A stretch of 64,000 nt of DNA from Rhizobiaceae bacterium (GTDB lineage Bacteria > Pseudomonadota > Alphaproteobacteria > Rhizobiales > Rhizobiaceae): positions 4,832 through 68,831 of the forward strand of contig DATJTE010000117.1 in assembly GCA_035503715.1 (NCBI GenBank), given 5' to 3'. The notes below the pieces were generated by a model. The model did not search any database. It was given only the letters and a program-made list of their open reading frames with translations, and was not told the origin of the DNA. Positions within the stretch are counted from its first letter, which is position 1; each line of letters opens with the position of its first letter. The translations under genes were made by a program, and so were the position numbers. Positions 44,570 to 55,137 of this stretch are shown piece by piece.

Positions 44570-45846
44570 ACGCGCCCTTGCTCCGTCGCGGCGAATGCCC
44601 AACACTGGCCACGCCGATGCAGACCGGCGACGGCCTGCTCGCGCGGCTGAACCCCATCGACGGCGGCCTGACACCGTCACAGATGATCGGCCTCGCGGAA
44701 GCCGCTGCGCGCCATGGCAACGGCATTCTCGAAGTCACGCAGCGTGGCAGCCTGCAAATCCGCGGACTGACGGCGGAGAGCGCCCTGCTGCTGTCGGCGG
44801 AAGTCGATGCCCTCGGCATCGCGGTTCGCACCGATGTCCCGGTCGAGACGGGTCCGCTGGCTGGCCTCGATCCTGCCGAGATAGCCGACCCGGGGCCGCT
44901 GGCGAAAGCGATCCGCGAAGGCATTGCCACAGCGGGCCTGGGGGCACAGCTCGGACCAAAAGTGTCCGTCGTCATCGATGGCGGCGGACGCTCGATGCTC
45001 GATGCAGTTTCCGCGGATGTGCGGCTGACAGCGATCACTGGCGGTCGGTGGCAAGTTGCGATCGCCGGAGACGCGGTCACCGCCCGAGCAATCAGGAGCG
45101 CCACAGGTGCTGACGCCGTCAAAACGGCACTCGATCTGCTTGCTCAGATTGCGGAATTGGGCCGCAGCGGTCGAGCCAAGGATTTGGTGACGACCGAGCT
45201 GCCGATCCCTGGGGACATGGCCGGCAGGACAGAGGGGGGCGCGTTTCAGCAACTCAGAAACGGCCGCTGGGCTGTCTTCGCTTCGCTCCCGTTCGGCCAG
45301 ATCGACGCTCCAACCCTGATCGACCTCGTCACAGCGACGGCAGCGGCTGGCGCGGCGGAAATTCGCCTGGCGCCACGCCGCGCACTCATTTTCCTGTGCC
45401 CGTCCGAAGCTTCCGCGGCCGCCGTACTCACCGTGGCGCAATCGGCCAATCTGATCACCAAAGACGACGATCCTCGTGCCGCGATTGCCGCCTGCGCGGG
45501 CGCTCCGGCCTGTGCCTCAGGGCATATCCCGGCACGCTCCCTGGCCGGCTCGATTGCTTCGGAACTGTCCGAACCATTCGACCTCCACGTCTCCGGCTGC
45601 ACAAAGCGCTGCGCCAAGACGAACCACGATGGAATAACGCTGCTCGGCACACCGGACGGCGTCGATCTGGTGCTAGAAGGCACAGGCACGCTCTCGCATG
45701 TCGCGAAGGAACGCGCGAAAGCCGCGATCGGACGGGTCGCGGCGCTGATCGCCGCCGAAAGACAGAATGGCGAACGCGATGCGGCAGCCGCACGGCGGAT
45801 TGGCGCGAAACGTCTCACCGAAGCATTCACACTGGAAGGCAGATGA
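44566..45846 (+). CDS. cobG: Precorrin-3B synthase (aerobic pathway)
   Basis: RRGECPTLATPMQTGDGLLARL; sulfite/nitrite reductase-like repeats; CAGAPACASG Fe-S Cys cluster. Confidence 0.85.
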   Translation: MNAPLLRRGECPTLATPMQTGDGLLARLNPIDGGLTPSQMIGLAEAAARHGNGILEVTQRGSLQIRGLTAESALLLSAEVDALGIAVRTDVPVETGPLAGLDPAEIADPGPLAKAIREGIATAGLGAQLGPKVSVVIDGGGRSMLDAVSADVRLTAITGGRWQVAIAGDAVTARAIRSATGADAVKTALDLLAQIAELGRSGRAKDLVTTELPIPGDMAGRTEGGAFQQLRNGRWAVFASLPFGQIDAPTLIDLVTATAAAGAAEIRLAPRRALIFLCPSEASAAAVLTVAQSANLITKDDDPRAAIAACAGAPACASGHIPARSLAGSIASELSEPFDLHVSGCTKRCAKTNHDGITLLGTPDGVDLVLEGTGTLSHVAKERAKAAIGRVAALIAAERQNGERDAAAARRIGAKRLTEAFTLEGR

Positions 45847-46475
45847 ACGCCCACGACTACATTCGCGACGGCACCGCGATCTACGAAAAGTCCTTCGCGA
45901 TCATCCGCGCCGAGGCCGATTTGTCGCGCTTTTCAGCGGCGGAGGCAGATGTGGCGGTTCGCATGATCCATGCCTGCGGACAGGTCGAGGCGGCAAGGCA
46001 GTTCGCTTTTTCGGCGGGCTTCGTCGAAGCAGCGCGCGGTGCTTTGCAGGCGGGCGCGCCGATCTTTTGCGATGCAGAGATGGTCGCTCACGGCGTGACC
46101 CATGCACGGCTGCCTGCTGCGAACGACGTGATCTGCACCTTACGCGATCCGCGTACGCCGGCACTCGCCGAGAAGCTCGGCAACACGCGCTCGGCTGCCG
46201 CACTCGAGCTGTGGCGCGACCGGCTTGCTGGATCGCTCGTCGCGATCGGCAACGCGCCAACCGCGCTGTTCTACCTGCTCGACATGATCGCCGCCGGCGC
46301 GCCGAAACCCGCGGCGATCGTCGGTATGCCGGTCGGCTTTGTCGGCGCGGCGGAATCGAAGGAAGCGCTGGCCGAAAATACGTTCGGTATTTCTTACGCA
46401 ATCGTGCTTGGCCGCATGGGTGGCTCCGCCATGACCGCTGCCGCCGTCAACGCGCTGGCGAGGCCCGGTCTGTGA
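45843..46475 (+). CDS. cobH: Precorrin-8X methylmutase
   Basis: MNAHDYIRDGTAIYEKSFAIIRAEADL..., VAIGNAPTALF, GMPVGFVGAAESKE; ATGA overlap with cobG. Confidence 0.9.
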   Translation: MNAHDYIRDGTAIYEKSFAIIRAEADLSRFSAAEADVAVRMIHACGQVEAARQFAFSAGFVEAARGALQAGAPIFCDAEMVAHGVTHARLPAANDVICTLRDPRTPALAEKLGNTRSAAALELWRDRLAGSLVAIGNAPTALFYLLDMIAAGAPKPAAIVGMPVGFVGAAESKEALAENTFGISYAIVLGRMGGSAMTAAAVNALARPGL

Positions 46476-47197
46476 GCGGACGGTTGATCGGCGTCGGCAC
46501 TGGCCCGGGCGACCCGGAGCTTCTCACGCTGAAAGCGGTGAAGGCGCTCGCCGTTGCGGACGTGCTGGCGCACTTCGCCAAGCGCGGCAACAACAGCAAC
46601 GCGCGCAAAATCGTTGCCGCCTATATGCGGCCGGAGATGGTCGAACTCCCCCTGCTCTATCCGGTGACCACCGAAATCGATAAAGAGCACGACGACTACA
46701 AGCAGGCGATCACCGGTTTCTACGAGGAATCCGCACGCGCCGTCGAAGAGCATCTCGCAGCGGGGCGCACGGTCGCCGTCCTCTCCGAGGGCGACCCGCT
46801 GTTCTACGGTTCTTACATGCACCTTCATGTGCGGCTGGCGCATCGTTTTCCGACGGAAGTGATCCCGGGCGTGACTGCGATGTCCGGCAGTTGGTCAGCG
46901 ACTGGCCTGCCGATCGTGCAAGGCGACGACGTGCTGTCCGTCCTTCCTGGCACGATGGACGAAACAGAATTACAGCGTCGGCTCGCGGACACGGACGCCG
47001 CCGTCATCATGAAGGTCGGGCGAAATTTGCCAAAGATCCGCCGCGCTCTTCGGTCTGCCGGCAAGCTCGATCGCTCGATGTATGTCGAGCGCGCGACGAT
47101 GGACAATGCAGCCTCGATCCGGCTTACCGACAAGGCGGACGACGCCGCGCCCTATTTCGCCATCGTTCTCGTGCCCGGATGGGAGGCACGGTCGTGA
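46472..47197 (+). CDS. cobI: Precorrin-2 C20-methyltransferase
   Basis: GRLIGVGTGPGDPELLTLKAV, LSEGDPLFYGS; GTG start overlaps the cobH stop (GTGA). Confidence 0.9.
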   Translation: MSGRLIGVGTGPGDPELLTLKAVKALAVADVLAHFAKRGNNSNARKIVAAYMRPEMVELPLLYPVTTEIDKEHDDYKQAITGFYEESARAVEEHLAAGRTVAVLSEGDPLFYGSYMHLHVRLAHRFPTEVIPGVTAMSGSWSATGLPIVQGDDVLSVLPGTMDETELQRRLADTDAAVIMKVGRNLPKIRRALRSAGKLDRSMYVERATMDNAASIRLTDKADDAAPYFAIVLVPGWEARS

Positions 47198-47961
47198 GCG
47201 GCAAACTGTTCGTCATAGGTCTCGGACCTGGCAACCCCGACCAGATCACGCCTGAGGCGATGAACGCCGTCACTTCTGCACGCGAGTTCTACGGCTACGG
47301 TCCGTATCTCGACCGCCTCTCGCTGACGCCAAACCAGATCCGCCACGCCTCCGACAATCGCGAAGAACTGTCGCGCGCGAAGGCAGCGCTGATCAGCGCC
47401 GCGCAAGGCGTGAATGTCGCGGTCGTGTCCGGTGGCGACCCCGGCGTTTTCGCCATGGCAGCGGCGGTCTGCGAAGCGATCGAAGCCGGCCCTGCCGAAT
47501 GGCGCAATGTCGACCTGACTGTCGTTCCCGGTGTCACCGCCATGCTTGCCGTCGCCGCGCGCATCGGTGCGCCATTGGGACATGATTTCTGTGCCATCTC
47601 GCTGTCGGACAATCTGAAACCCTGGGACGTGATCGAGCGCCGGCTGGACCTCGCGGCAAAGGCCGGTTTCGTGATCGCGCTTTACAATCCGATCAGCAAG
47701 GCGCGGCCCTGGCAGCTCGGCAAGGCATTTGACGTGCTGCGCAGCGTCCTCCCCGGCTCGGTGCCTGTCATTTTTGGCCGCGCCGCAGGCCGATCGGACG
47801 AGCGCATGACGACCATGCCGCTGCGCGACGCCGATTCCGCGAAGGCCGATATGGCGACCTGCGTCATCATCGGCTCGGCCGAGACGAGAACGATCGAGCG
47901 CGGCGATAAGCCAGCGCTGATCTACACGCCACGCTTCTTCGCGACGGAGGTGACGAGATGA
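47194..47961 (+). CDS. cobJ: Precorrin-3B C17-methyltransferase
   Basis: GKLFVIGLGPGNPDQITPEA, VSGGDPGVFAMA; GTG start overlaps the cobI stop (GTGA). Confidence 0.9.
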   Translation: MSGKLFVIGLGPGNPDQITPEAMNAVTSAREFYGYGPYLDRLSLTPNQIRHASDNREELSRAKAALISAAQGVNVAVVSGGDPGVFAMAAAVCEAIEAGPAEWRNVDLTVVPGVTAMLAVAARIGAPLGHDFCAISLSDNLKPWDVIERRLDLAAKAGFVIALYNPISKARPWQLGKAFDVLRSVLPGSVPVIFGRAAGRSDERMTTMPLRDADSAKADMATCVIIGSAETRTIERGDKPALIYTPRFFATEVTR

Positions 47962-48713
47962 TCGATCATCGCCAGCACCTCGTCGACAGTTTCACCCGAC
48001 GGCACGTCCGGCAGCGCCGAGCGGCGGATCATCAGCACGCGGATGTCCAACTGGCGGGCCGCTGCGAGCTTGGCATAGGTCGCGCTGCTGCCACTGTTCT
48101 TGCAGACGATAATGTCGATGCGGTTCGTTTGGAAAAGATCGGACTCGTCGACTTCCTCGAAGGGCCCGCGCGCGACGATGTACTGCGCGTCCGGAAGGAT
48201 GAGCCGTGGCTCGACCGGATCGACGCTGCGGATCAGGTAAAAATGCTGCGGCGCGCGCTCGAATGGCGTCAACTCCTGACGGCCGAGCGCGAGGAAGACG
48301 CGGAGACGCTTCTCGCTGGCAACAAGCCTGTCAGCCGCTGCCGAAGCATCATCGACGTCCTCCCAGTGGTCGGCCGTCGAGGTCGTCCAGGGCGGCCGGC
48401 GCAACGCGACAATCGGCACGCCGGTCTTGGCCGCAGCCTCTGCCGCGTTCGCGGAAATTTGCGCGGCGTAGGGATGCGTTGCATCCACCAGGATATCGAC
48501 GCCGGACTCACGCAGATGCTGAGCCAACCCTTCAGGGCCGCCGAACCCGCCGACGCGCACCGGAACGGGATGCGCCACGGGCTTTTCGGTGCGGCCGGCA
48601 AGCGACAGATTCACGTCGAACTCGGCGCTCGCCGCGAGGCGGCCGGCAAGCTGCCGCGCCTCGGCCGTGCCGCCAAGAATGAGTATCCGTGTTGCGCTGC
48701 GAGTCGAGGCCAT
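47922..48713 (-). CDS. cobK: Precorrin-6A reductase
   Basis: Start MASTRSATRILILGGTAEARQLAGRLA, DATHPYAAQIS. The 3' end overlaps the cobJ 3' end by 40 nt. Confidence 0.85.
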   Translation of the reverse strand: MASTRSATRILILGGTAEARQLAGRLAASAEFDVNLSLAGRTEKPVAHPVPVRVGGFGGPEGLAQHLRESGVDILVDATHPYAAQISANAAEAAAKTGVPIVALRRPPWTTSTADHWEDVDDASAAADRLVASEKRLRVFLALGRQELTPFERAPQHFYLIRSVDPVEPRLILPDAQYIVARGPFEEVDESDLFQTNRIDIIVCKNSGSSATYAKLAAARQLDIRVLMIRRSALPDVPSGETVDEVLAMIDHLVTSVAKKRGV

Positions 48714-49947
48714 GTCTGCTGAGCCGCACCCTGCCCCAGCGCAGCGTTGGCTGTCCATCGTCGGCATCGGCGAAGACGGCGTCCTAGGCCTCGGCGACGA
48801 GGCGAAGCGACTGATTTCGCAGGCCGAATTCGTGTTTGGCGGCAAGCGGCATCTGGCCTTGGCGAAAGAACTGATCCGCGGCGAAGCGCTCGCCTGGCCT
48901 TCGCCCTTCGATGCTGAGATGAAGGCGCTGAAGAAGCTTGCAGGGCGCACCGTCTGCGTGCTTGCATCGGGTGATCCCTTCCTTCACGGTGTCGGCGCGA
49001 CGGTCGCGCGCACAATCCCGGCGGCGGAATTTGTCACCCTTCCTGCGCCGTCCGCCTTTAGCCTTGTCGCTTCGCGTCTGGGTTGGGCGCTGCAGGAGGT
49101 CGACACGGTCTCGCTGCATGGCAAGCAGATCGACCTGATCCGGCCGCTGCTGCATCCGGGCCGCCGCGTCATCGCGCTGACCTCCGATGAGCATGGCCCA
49201 GGGGAGATCGCCTCTCTTCTGGTGAGCGTCGGCTTCGGCGCATCTGAAATCACCGTGCTCGAGGCGCTTGGCGGCAAGGATGAGCGCATGACGCGCCACC
49301 GTACTGATGAATTCGCATCTGGGGCTGTCAGCCCTCTCAACGTCGTCGCCATCGACGTCAAGGCGGCGAGCGACGCGCGCGTACTCGCACTGACACCCGG
49401 CCTGGCTGACGAGTTGTTCGAGCATGACGGCCAGATCACCAAGCGCGAAATCCGCGCCCTGACACTGTCCGCGCTTGCTCCACGCCGTGGCGAGCTGTTG
49501 TGGGATATCGGTGCGGGTTCGGGATCGATCTCGATCGAATGGATGCTCGCCGATCCGTCGATGCGGGCGATTGCCATCGAGGTGGATCCTGAACGCGCCG
49601 CGCGGGTTGCCCGCAACGCAAAACAGTTCGGCGTGCCAAGCCTGCAGATCGTCACCGGATCAGCGCCTGGGGCACTTGCTGGTCTGCCGCAACCTGACGT
49701 GATTTTTGTCGGCGGTGGTGGGAGCGAGACTGGCGTCCTCGATGCAGCAATCTCGGCGCTCAAGAGTGGCGGCCGCCTGGTCGCCAATGCGGTGACACTG
49801 GAAATGGAAACAATCCTGATCGAGCGTCACGCAAGGCTCGGCGGCGATCTCGTGAAGCTTGCTGTCTCACGCGTCGCACCGATCGGCTCGATGAGCGGCT
49901 GGAAGCCCGCGCTGCCGATCACACAATGGTCTTGGAGAAAACCATGA
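48712..49947 (+). CDS. cobL: Precorrin-6Y C5,15-methyltransferase (decarboxylating)
   Basis: RWLSIVGIGEDG, VLASGDPFLHG, C-terminal SAM-MTase part LWDIGAGSGSISIEW. Confidence 0.85.
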   Translation: MSAEPHPAPAQRWLSIVGIGEDGVLGLGDEAKRLISQAEFVFGGKRHLALAKELIRGEALAWPSPFDAEMKALKKLAGRTVCVLASGDPFLHGVGATVARTIPAAEFVTLPAPSAFSLVASRLGWALQEVDTVSLHGKQIDLIRPLLHPGRRVIALTSDEHGPGEIASLLVSVGFGASEITVLEALGGKDERMTRHRTDEFASGAVSPLNVVAIDVKAASDARVLALTPGLADELFEHDGQITKREIRALTLSALAPRRGELLWDIGAGSGSISIEWMLADPSMRAIAIEVDPERAARVARNAKQFGVPSLQIVTGSAPGALAGLPQPDVIFVGGGGSETGVLDAAISALKSGGRLVANAVTLEMETILIERHARLGGDLVKLAVSRVAPIGSMSGWKPALPITQWSWRKP

Positions 49948-50330
49948 TCGTCGCGGGCATCGGCTGCCGCAAAGGTGCGACGACTGCGTCGGTCGTCGCG
50001 GCCGTGCATGCCGCCGTCTCGAAGCAGGGTATCGGCATTGCCGCACTCGACGCATTGGCGACGCTTCGCCTGAAACAGCATGAGGACGGGATCGTCGCCG
50101 CTGGCCGCGCGCTGTCGCTGGAACTCATCATCGTCGATGAAACCGATGCAAATGCTGCCGCTGAACGCGCACTGACGATGTCGGAGCGCTCGTTCGCCGC
50201 CAACGGCACGCGTTCCGCTTCCGAGACCGCAGCCCTTGCCGCCGCCGGGCCGAACAGCCGCCTGCTCGCGCCACGCCTGGCGCTCGGCGACGTCACCTGC
50301 GCGCTGGCGACAGACGAGGCAGCGCCATGA
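49944..50330 (+). CDS. cobE: Cobalamin biosynthesis protein CobE (CbiG C-terminal-domain-like)
   Basis: [21 protein letters not shown]...[12 protein letters not shown]; ATGA overlap with cobL. Confidence 0.7.
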   Translation: MIVAGIGCRKGATTASVVAAVHAAVSKQGIGIAALDALATLRLKQHEDGIVAAGRALSLELIIVDETDANAAAERALTMSERSFAANGTRSASETAALAAAGPNSRLLAPRLALGDVTCALATDEAAP

Positions 50331-51088
50331 CGGTCCATTTCATCGGCGCTGGCCCGGGTGCCGCCGACCTCATCACCGTCCGTGGACGCGATATCCTCGC
50401 GCGCTGCCCGGTCTGCCTCTATGCCGGCTCGATCGTGCCGAAGGAACTGCTCGACTGGTGCCCTGCGAACGCGCGCAAGATCGACACCGCGCCGATGTCG
50501 CTCGACGAGATCGAGGCGGAATATGTGAGGGCGCATGAGGCCGGCGAGGATGTCGCGCGGCTGCATTCCGGCGACCTTTCGGTCTGGAGTGCCGTTGCCG
50601 AACAGATCAAACGGCTGGAGAAGCATGGCATCGCCTACACGCTGACGCCGGGCGTGCCGGCCTTTGCCGCCGCAGCCGCGGCTCTCGGGCGCGAGCTGAC
50701 GATCCCGACGGTGGCGCAAAGCCTTGTTCTGACACGCGTTTCAGGTCGAGCTTCGCCTATGCCCGACCGCGAAACATTGCAGGCGTTCGGCGCGACAGGC
50801 GCAACGCTGGCGATCCATCTTGCGATCCACGCGCTGGACAAGATTGTTGCGGAACTCACGCCGCTTTACGGTGCAGATTGCCCAGTTTCTATCGTGGCCA
50901 ACGCCTCATGGCCGAACGAACGTATCGTGCGTGGCACGCTCGCGACGATCGAAGACATTGTCGCGAGCGATCCGATCGAGCGGACGGCGATCGTCTTTGT
51001 CGGGCGCTCGCTCTCCGCGGATGTGCTACGGGAAAGCGCGCTTTACGATGCCGGTTATCAGCGTCGTTTCAGAGGGCGAAACTCATGA
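50327..51088 (+). CDS. cobM: Precorrin-4 C11-methyltransferase
   Basis: [38 protein letters not shown]. Confidence 0.9.
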   Translation: MTVHFIGAGPGAADLITVRGRDILARCPVCLYAGSIVPKELLDWCPANARKIDTAPMSLDEIEAEYVRAHEAGEDVARLHSGDLSVWSAVAEQIKRLEKHGIAYTLTPGVPAFAAAAAALGRELTIPTVAQSLVLTRVSGRASPMPDRETLQAFGATGATLAIHLAIHALDKIVAELTPLYGADCPVSIVANASWPNERIVRGTLATIEDIVASDPIERTAIVFVGRSLSADVLRESALYDAGYQRRFRGRNS

Positions 51089-52173
51089 TCGCCCGGCATG
51101 AATCCCGACTGCCCGAGCAACGTGCCTTCGCGGTCGAAGACGAGAATCTCCAGCTCGACGTTCGGATTGCGCAGCACACCGGCCGCGGTTTTCCACGCAT
51201 CCTTCGCGACAGCGTCTCCGAGCGGCACGCCGGCCGCGCCGGCGATGTTGAACGCGTCCGCGACCATGTTCGCATGGCGGATCTTTTCGGCAAGCTCAGC
51301 GCCACCGCCGGCGCGCTCGGCAACCGCGGCAAGCGCCTCGAGATCCGCCGCACCGCGCTTCGAGTGGAGATCGAGCATCCCTTGCGCGAGTTTCGTCATC
51401 TTCGCCACACCACCGGCGACGGTGACGCGCTTGACCGGATGCGCGCGGATATATTTGAGCATGCCGCCGACAAAATCACCCATGTCGATCAGCGCGACCT
51501 CGGGCAGACCGTGATGCTTCTGCGCGGCCGCCTCGGAGGCGGAGCCGGTCGCTCCCGCGACATGGGTCAACCCGGCGCCGATTGCGACATCGATGCCGCG
51601 ATGGATCGAATGGATCCACGCCGAGCAGGAGTACGGAATGACGATCCCGGTCGTGCCGAGGATCGAGATGCCACCCAGGATGCCAAGCCGGCCGTTCAGC
51701 GTTTTCTTGGCGATCTCCGCGCCGTCGGCGACAGACACCTCAACTTCGACGTCAGCGCCCTCGCCGGCAATTTCGGCGATTGCCTGCGCGATCATCCTGC
51801 GCGGCACCGGATTGATCGCCGGCTCGCCAGGCGGCATCGGCAAGCCGGGCCGCGTCACGGTGCCAACGCCCTCGCCTGCTTTGAACGTTACGCCCGAACC
51901 TGGCTGTCCGCGACGCACGGTGCTCACGATCAGTGCGCCATGTGTGACGTCAGGATCATCACCCGCGTCCTTGACGATGCCTGCGCTGGCAAAGCCGTCG
52001 CCGAGGTTCCACTGGGCGAGTACGAAGGCAGGCCGCTGGCCGCCCGGCAGCGTTACCTCCACCGGGTCGGGAAACTCGCCGGACAGCAGGGCACGACAGG
52101 CAGCCTTGGCGGCAGCCGCCGCGCACGTGCCGGTCGTCCAACCGCGTCGCAACTCCGACTTTTCATCGTCCAT
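51058..52173 (-). CDS. cbiD: Cobalt-precorrin-5B (C1)-methyltransferase CbiD-type enzyme
   Basis: [54 protein letters not shown]. The 3' end overlaps the cobM 3' end by 31 nt. Confidence 0.85.
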   Translation of the reverse strand: MDDEKSELRRGWTTGTCAAAAAKAACRALLSGEFPDPVEVTLPGGQRPAFVLAQWNLGDGFASAGIVKDAGDDPDVTHGALIVSTVRRGQPGSGVTFKAGEGVGTVTRPGLPMPPGEPAINPVPRRMIAQAIAEIAGEGADVEVEVSVADGAEIAKKTLNGRLGILGGISILGTTGIVIPYSCSAWIHSIHRGIDVAIGAGLTHVAGATGSASEAAAQKHHGLPEVALIDMGDFVGGMLKYIRAHPVKRVTVAGGVAKMTKLAQGMLDLHSKRGAADLEALAAVAERAGGGAELAEKIRHANMVADAFNIAGAAGVPLGDAVAKDAWKTAAGVLRNPNVELEILVFDREGTLLGQSGFMPGDHEFRPLKRR

Positions 52174-52226
52174 GCGCCGACCTATAGGACGCCGGCTACG
52201 CCGGGTCACGGCGAAAAGGGTTTGTC

Positions 52227-53033
52227 ATGAGTCTCGCTGAGGCCATTTCCCGGCTCCAGCCGGAACTCAAGCGCTTCGAGCCGGGGCATGTCTGGCTTGC
52301 CGGCGCGGGGCCGGGTGATCGCGGCTCGATCACGCTCGACGTCATTTCCGCCCTCTCGCAGGCCGATGCCGTCGTCTATGATGCGCTGGTCGACCCGAGT
52401 GTGCTCTCGGCCGCGCGTGAGGATGCCGAACAGCATTTTGTCGGCAAACGTGGCGGCCAGGAATCTGCCCGTCAGGACGACATCACGGCGCTGCTGGTGC
52501 ACCTAGCCCGCAAGAACAAGCGCGTCCTTCGGCTAAAGGGTGGCGATCCGTACATTTTCGGCCGCGGCGGCGAAGAGGCACTGGCGCTGGCGCAGGCCGG
52601 CATCCCGTTCCGTATCATGCCGGGCGTCACCTCGGCCTTTGGCGCGCTCGCCAATGCCGGCATTCCCGCGACAATGCGCGGCCTGAACAAAGCGGTGATC
52701 CTGGCAACGGGTCACGCCGCGGGCACAGAGGAGGACCTCGACTGGGCTGCCTTGGCAAAAACCGGACAACCCATCGTCGTCTACATGGGGTTGAAAAATC
52801 TGGAGAAAATCGCCGCCGCGCTGCTCGCCGGCGGTCTCGCCGCCTCGACGCCGGTCGCCATCATCATGGCGGCGACGACGCCGAACGAGCGCGTCCTCGT
52901 CTCCACGCTTTCGGCTGTCGCCGAAGAGGCGAAGGCTGCGGGCTTCATCTCCCCGGCCCTCATCGTGGTCGGCGACATCGTCTCGATGCGAGCCGAGCTG
53001 CTCGGCGCTTTGCCGGCGTCGAAATCGGCATGA
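52227..53033 (+). CDS. cobA: Uroporphyrinogen-III C-methyltransferase (SUMT)
   Basis: VWLAGAGPGDRGSITL, RLKGGDPYIFGRGGEE, PGVTSA. Confidence 0.9.
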   Translation: MSLAEAISRLQPELKRFEPGHVWLAGAGPGDRGSITLDVISALSQADAVVYDALVDPSVLSAAREDAEQHFVGKRGGQESARQDDITALLVHLARKNKRVLRLKGGDPYIFGRGGEEALALAQAGIPFRIMPGVTSAFGALANAGIPATMRGLNKAVILATGHAAGTEEDLDWAALAKTGQPIVVYMGLKNLEKIAAALLAGGLAASTPVAIIMAATTPNERVLVSTLSAVAEEAKAAGFISPALIVVGDIVSMRAELLGALPASKSA

Positions 53034-54343
53034 CGGCAAAAGGTTTCATCGTCGGCGCGGCGCGCTCGGGTTCCGGCAAGACGAGCGTCGCGATCGGTTT
53101 GATGCGCGCCTTTGCCAGGCGCGGCCTAGAGGTGCGTGGCGCGAAGTCAGGACCCGACTACATCGATCCCGGTTTCCACGCCGCTGCAACCGGACATCTC
53201 GGCGTCAATCTCGATAGCTGGGCGATGCCGCCGCGCCTGCTCAACGGCCTTGCCGGCAACGCCGCGGCGGACGCCGATCTCGTCGTCGTCGAGAGCGCCA
53301 TGGGCCTGTTCGACGGCATTCCCGGCGAGGCCGGCCGCTCAGGCGCAGCAGCCGATCTCGCCAGGCTCTACGGCCTGCCGGTGCTGCTCGTGCTCGATGT
53401 TTCGGGCCAGTCGCAGACGGCGGCGGCAATCGCCAAGGGATTTGCGACCTTCGATCCGGGCGTGCGCATCGCCGGCGTGGTGCTCAATCGTGTCGGCAGC
53501 GAGCGTCACAGAAAACTGGCGTCCGAAGCCATCGAGGCGATCGGTTTGCCAGTCGTGGGTTCGATCCTGCGCGATCCCAACATGACCTTGCCCGAACGCC
53601 ACCTCGGGCTTGTCCAGGCCGAAGAACATGCCGCGCTCGAAGAGTTCATCGAGAACCTCGCCGGCGTGATGGAAAGATCGCTCGACCTTGAGGCGATCCT
53701 CTCGCTCGCCACGCCACTGGCGCCAGGCGATGGTGATCTGTCCGCGGCACTGCCGCCGCCCGGCCAACGCATCGCGATTGCGCGCGACGCGGCGTTTTCC
53801 TTCGTTTATCCGCACCTCGCCGATCACTGGCAGCGATCCGGGGCTGAACTGGTCCCTTTTTCGCCGCTTGCCGACGAGGCGCCGCGCCTGGATTGCGATG
53901 TCTGCTGGCTGCCCGGCGGTTATCCCGAGCTGCATGGCGGCAGGCTCTCGGCTGCCCGCAAGTTTCACGCCGGCATGCACAGGTTCGCCGAGACGCGCCC
54001 CGTGCATGGCGAGTGTGGCGGCCACATGGTCCTCGGCGAGACGATCGAAGATGCCGAAGGCGTCACACATCCCATGCTTGGCCTGCTCGGCCACCGGACG
54101 AGCTTCGCCAAACGCAAGATGAATCTGGGCTATCGCCGCGCGAGATTGCGGGTCGATGGGCCGCTTGGTGTCGCAGGCGAAACGGTCCGCGGCCACGAAT
54201 TCCACTACGCAGTGACGCTCGATACTGGCCGGGACGAGCCTGTCGCTGATATTTTCGACGGGCAGAATCAGCCGATTGGCCCGTCGGGAGGGCGTCGCGG
54301 TCTGGTTTCAGGCACGTTCTTCCATGCCATCGCGCGGGGGTGA
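53030..54343 (+). CDS. cobB: Cobyrinic acid a,c-diamide synthase
   Basis: FIVGAARSGSGKTSVAIGL, GPDYIDP, C-terminal GATase with GECGGHMVLG. Confidence 0.9.
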   Translation: MTAKGFIVGAARSGSGKTSVAIGLMRAFARRGLEVRGAKSGPDYIDPGFHAAATGHLGVNLDSWAMPPRLLNGLAGNAAADADLVVVESAMGLFDGIPGEAGRSGAAADLARLYGLPVLLVLDVSGQSQTAAAIAKGFATFDPGVRIAGVVLNRVGSERHRKLASEAIEAIGLPVVGSILRDPNMTLPERHLGLVQAEEHAALEEFIENLAGVMERSLDLEAILSLATPLAPGDGDLSAALPPPGQRIAIARDAAFSFVYPHLADHWQRSGAELVPFSPLADEAPRLDCDVCWLPGGYPELHGGRLSAARKFHAGMHRFAETRPVHGECGGHMVLGETIEDAEGVTHPMLGLLGHRTSFAKRKMNLGYRRARLRVDGPLGVAGETVRGHEFHYAVTLDTGRDEPVADIFDGQNQPIGPSGGRRGLVSGTFFHAIARG

Positions 54344-54347
54344 GACG

Positions 54348-55118
54348 ATGGACGTGAACTCTCTTTTGAAGAAGACCATCGACGGCTTTGCCGCCTGCAT
54401 CGCTTTTTATACACGGCTGCCGATCTCGTTCCTGGCCAAGGAAGACACGAATTTCGCCGAAGCCCAGTGGGCGACGCCGGTCGTCGGCCTCATCGTCGGG
54501 CTGATCGGCTGGGTCTTCTTCTGGCTACCTGCCGCTTTTGGCCTACCGCCGACAATCTCCGCGGCAATCGCGCTTTCTATCATCCTCGGCGTCACTGGCT
54601 GCCTGCATGAAGATGGCGTTGCCGACATGACCGACGCGTTCGGCGGTGGTAATACGCGCGAGCGCAAGCTGGAAATCATGAAAGACAGCCGCAACGGCAC
54701 GTTTGGTGTCGTTGCCCTGATCATGACGCTGCTCTTGCGTTGGGCGGCAATGGCCGCGCTGCTCACTCCGGAAATCGCGCTCTTCGGCCTGCTTGCCGCC
54801 CATGCTGGTTCGCGCATGCTCTTCCCGATCTTCATGCATTTCGTTTCACCGGCAAAACCGACCGGGCTTGCGGCCGGCATCGGGACAATCAGTAGCGACA
54901 CCGCGCTCTACGCTGCCATCATCGGCGGCTTTGTGCTGCTGGTGTGTCTTGGCGTCTGGGGTGCGCTTGCCGCCGCATTCGCGCTCGTCGTCTGGTTCGT
55001 CGCGATGAAGAGACTGTGCGAACGCCAGATCGGTGGGCACACCGGCGACGTGCTGGGGTCGGTCCAGCAAGGCGCTGAAATCATTCTTCTTCTGGTGGCT
55101 GTCGCCACCCTCGCCTGA
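54348..55118 (+). CDS. cobS: Adenosylcobinamide-GDP ribazoletransferase (cobalamin synthase)
   Basis: FYTRLPI, HEDGVADMTDAFGG, GHTGDVLG; polytopic membrane protein. Confidence 0.85.
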   Translation: MDVNSLLKKTIDGFAACIAFYTRLPISFLAKEDTNFAEAQWATPVVGLIVGLIGWVFFWLPAAFGLPPTISAAIALSIILGVTGCLHEDGVADMTDAFGGGNTRERKLEIMKDSRNGTFGVVALIMTLLLRWAAMAALLTPEIALFGLLAAHAGSRMLFPIFMHFVSPAKPTGLAAGIGTISSDTALYAAIIGGFVLLVCLGVWGALAAAFALVVWFVAMKRLCERQIGGHTGDVLGSVQQGAEIILLLVAVATLA

Positions 55119-55137
55119 TCTTTCACCGGAGCTTTCG

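Noticed and set aside
41990-44680. ORFs 41990..43522 (-, 510 aa) and 43568..44680 (-, 370 aa)
   Set aside because: They are antisense to cobN/cobG and have no recognisable motifs. The same reasoning applies to 29959..31107, 50878..52230, 57168..58223, 60809..61918 and 62226..63641.
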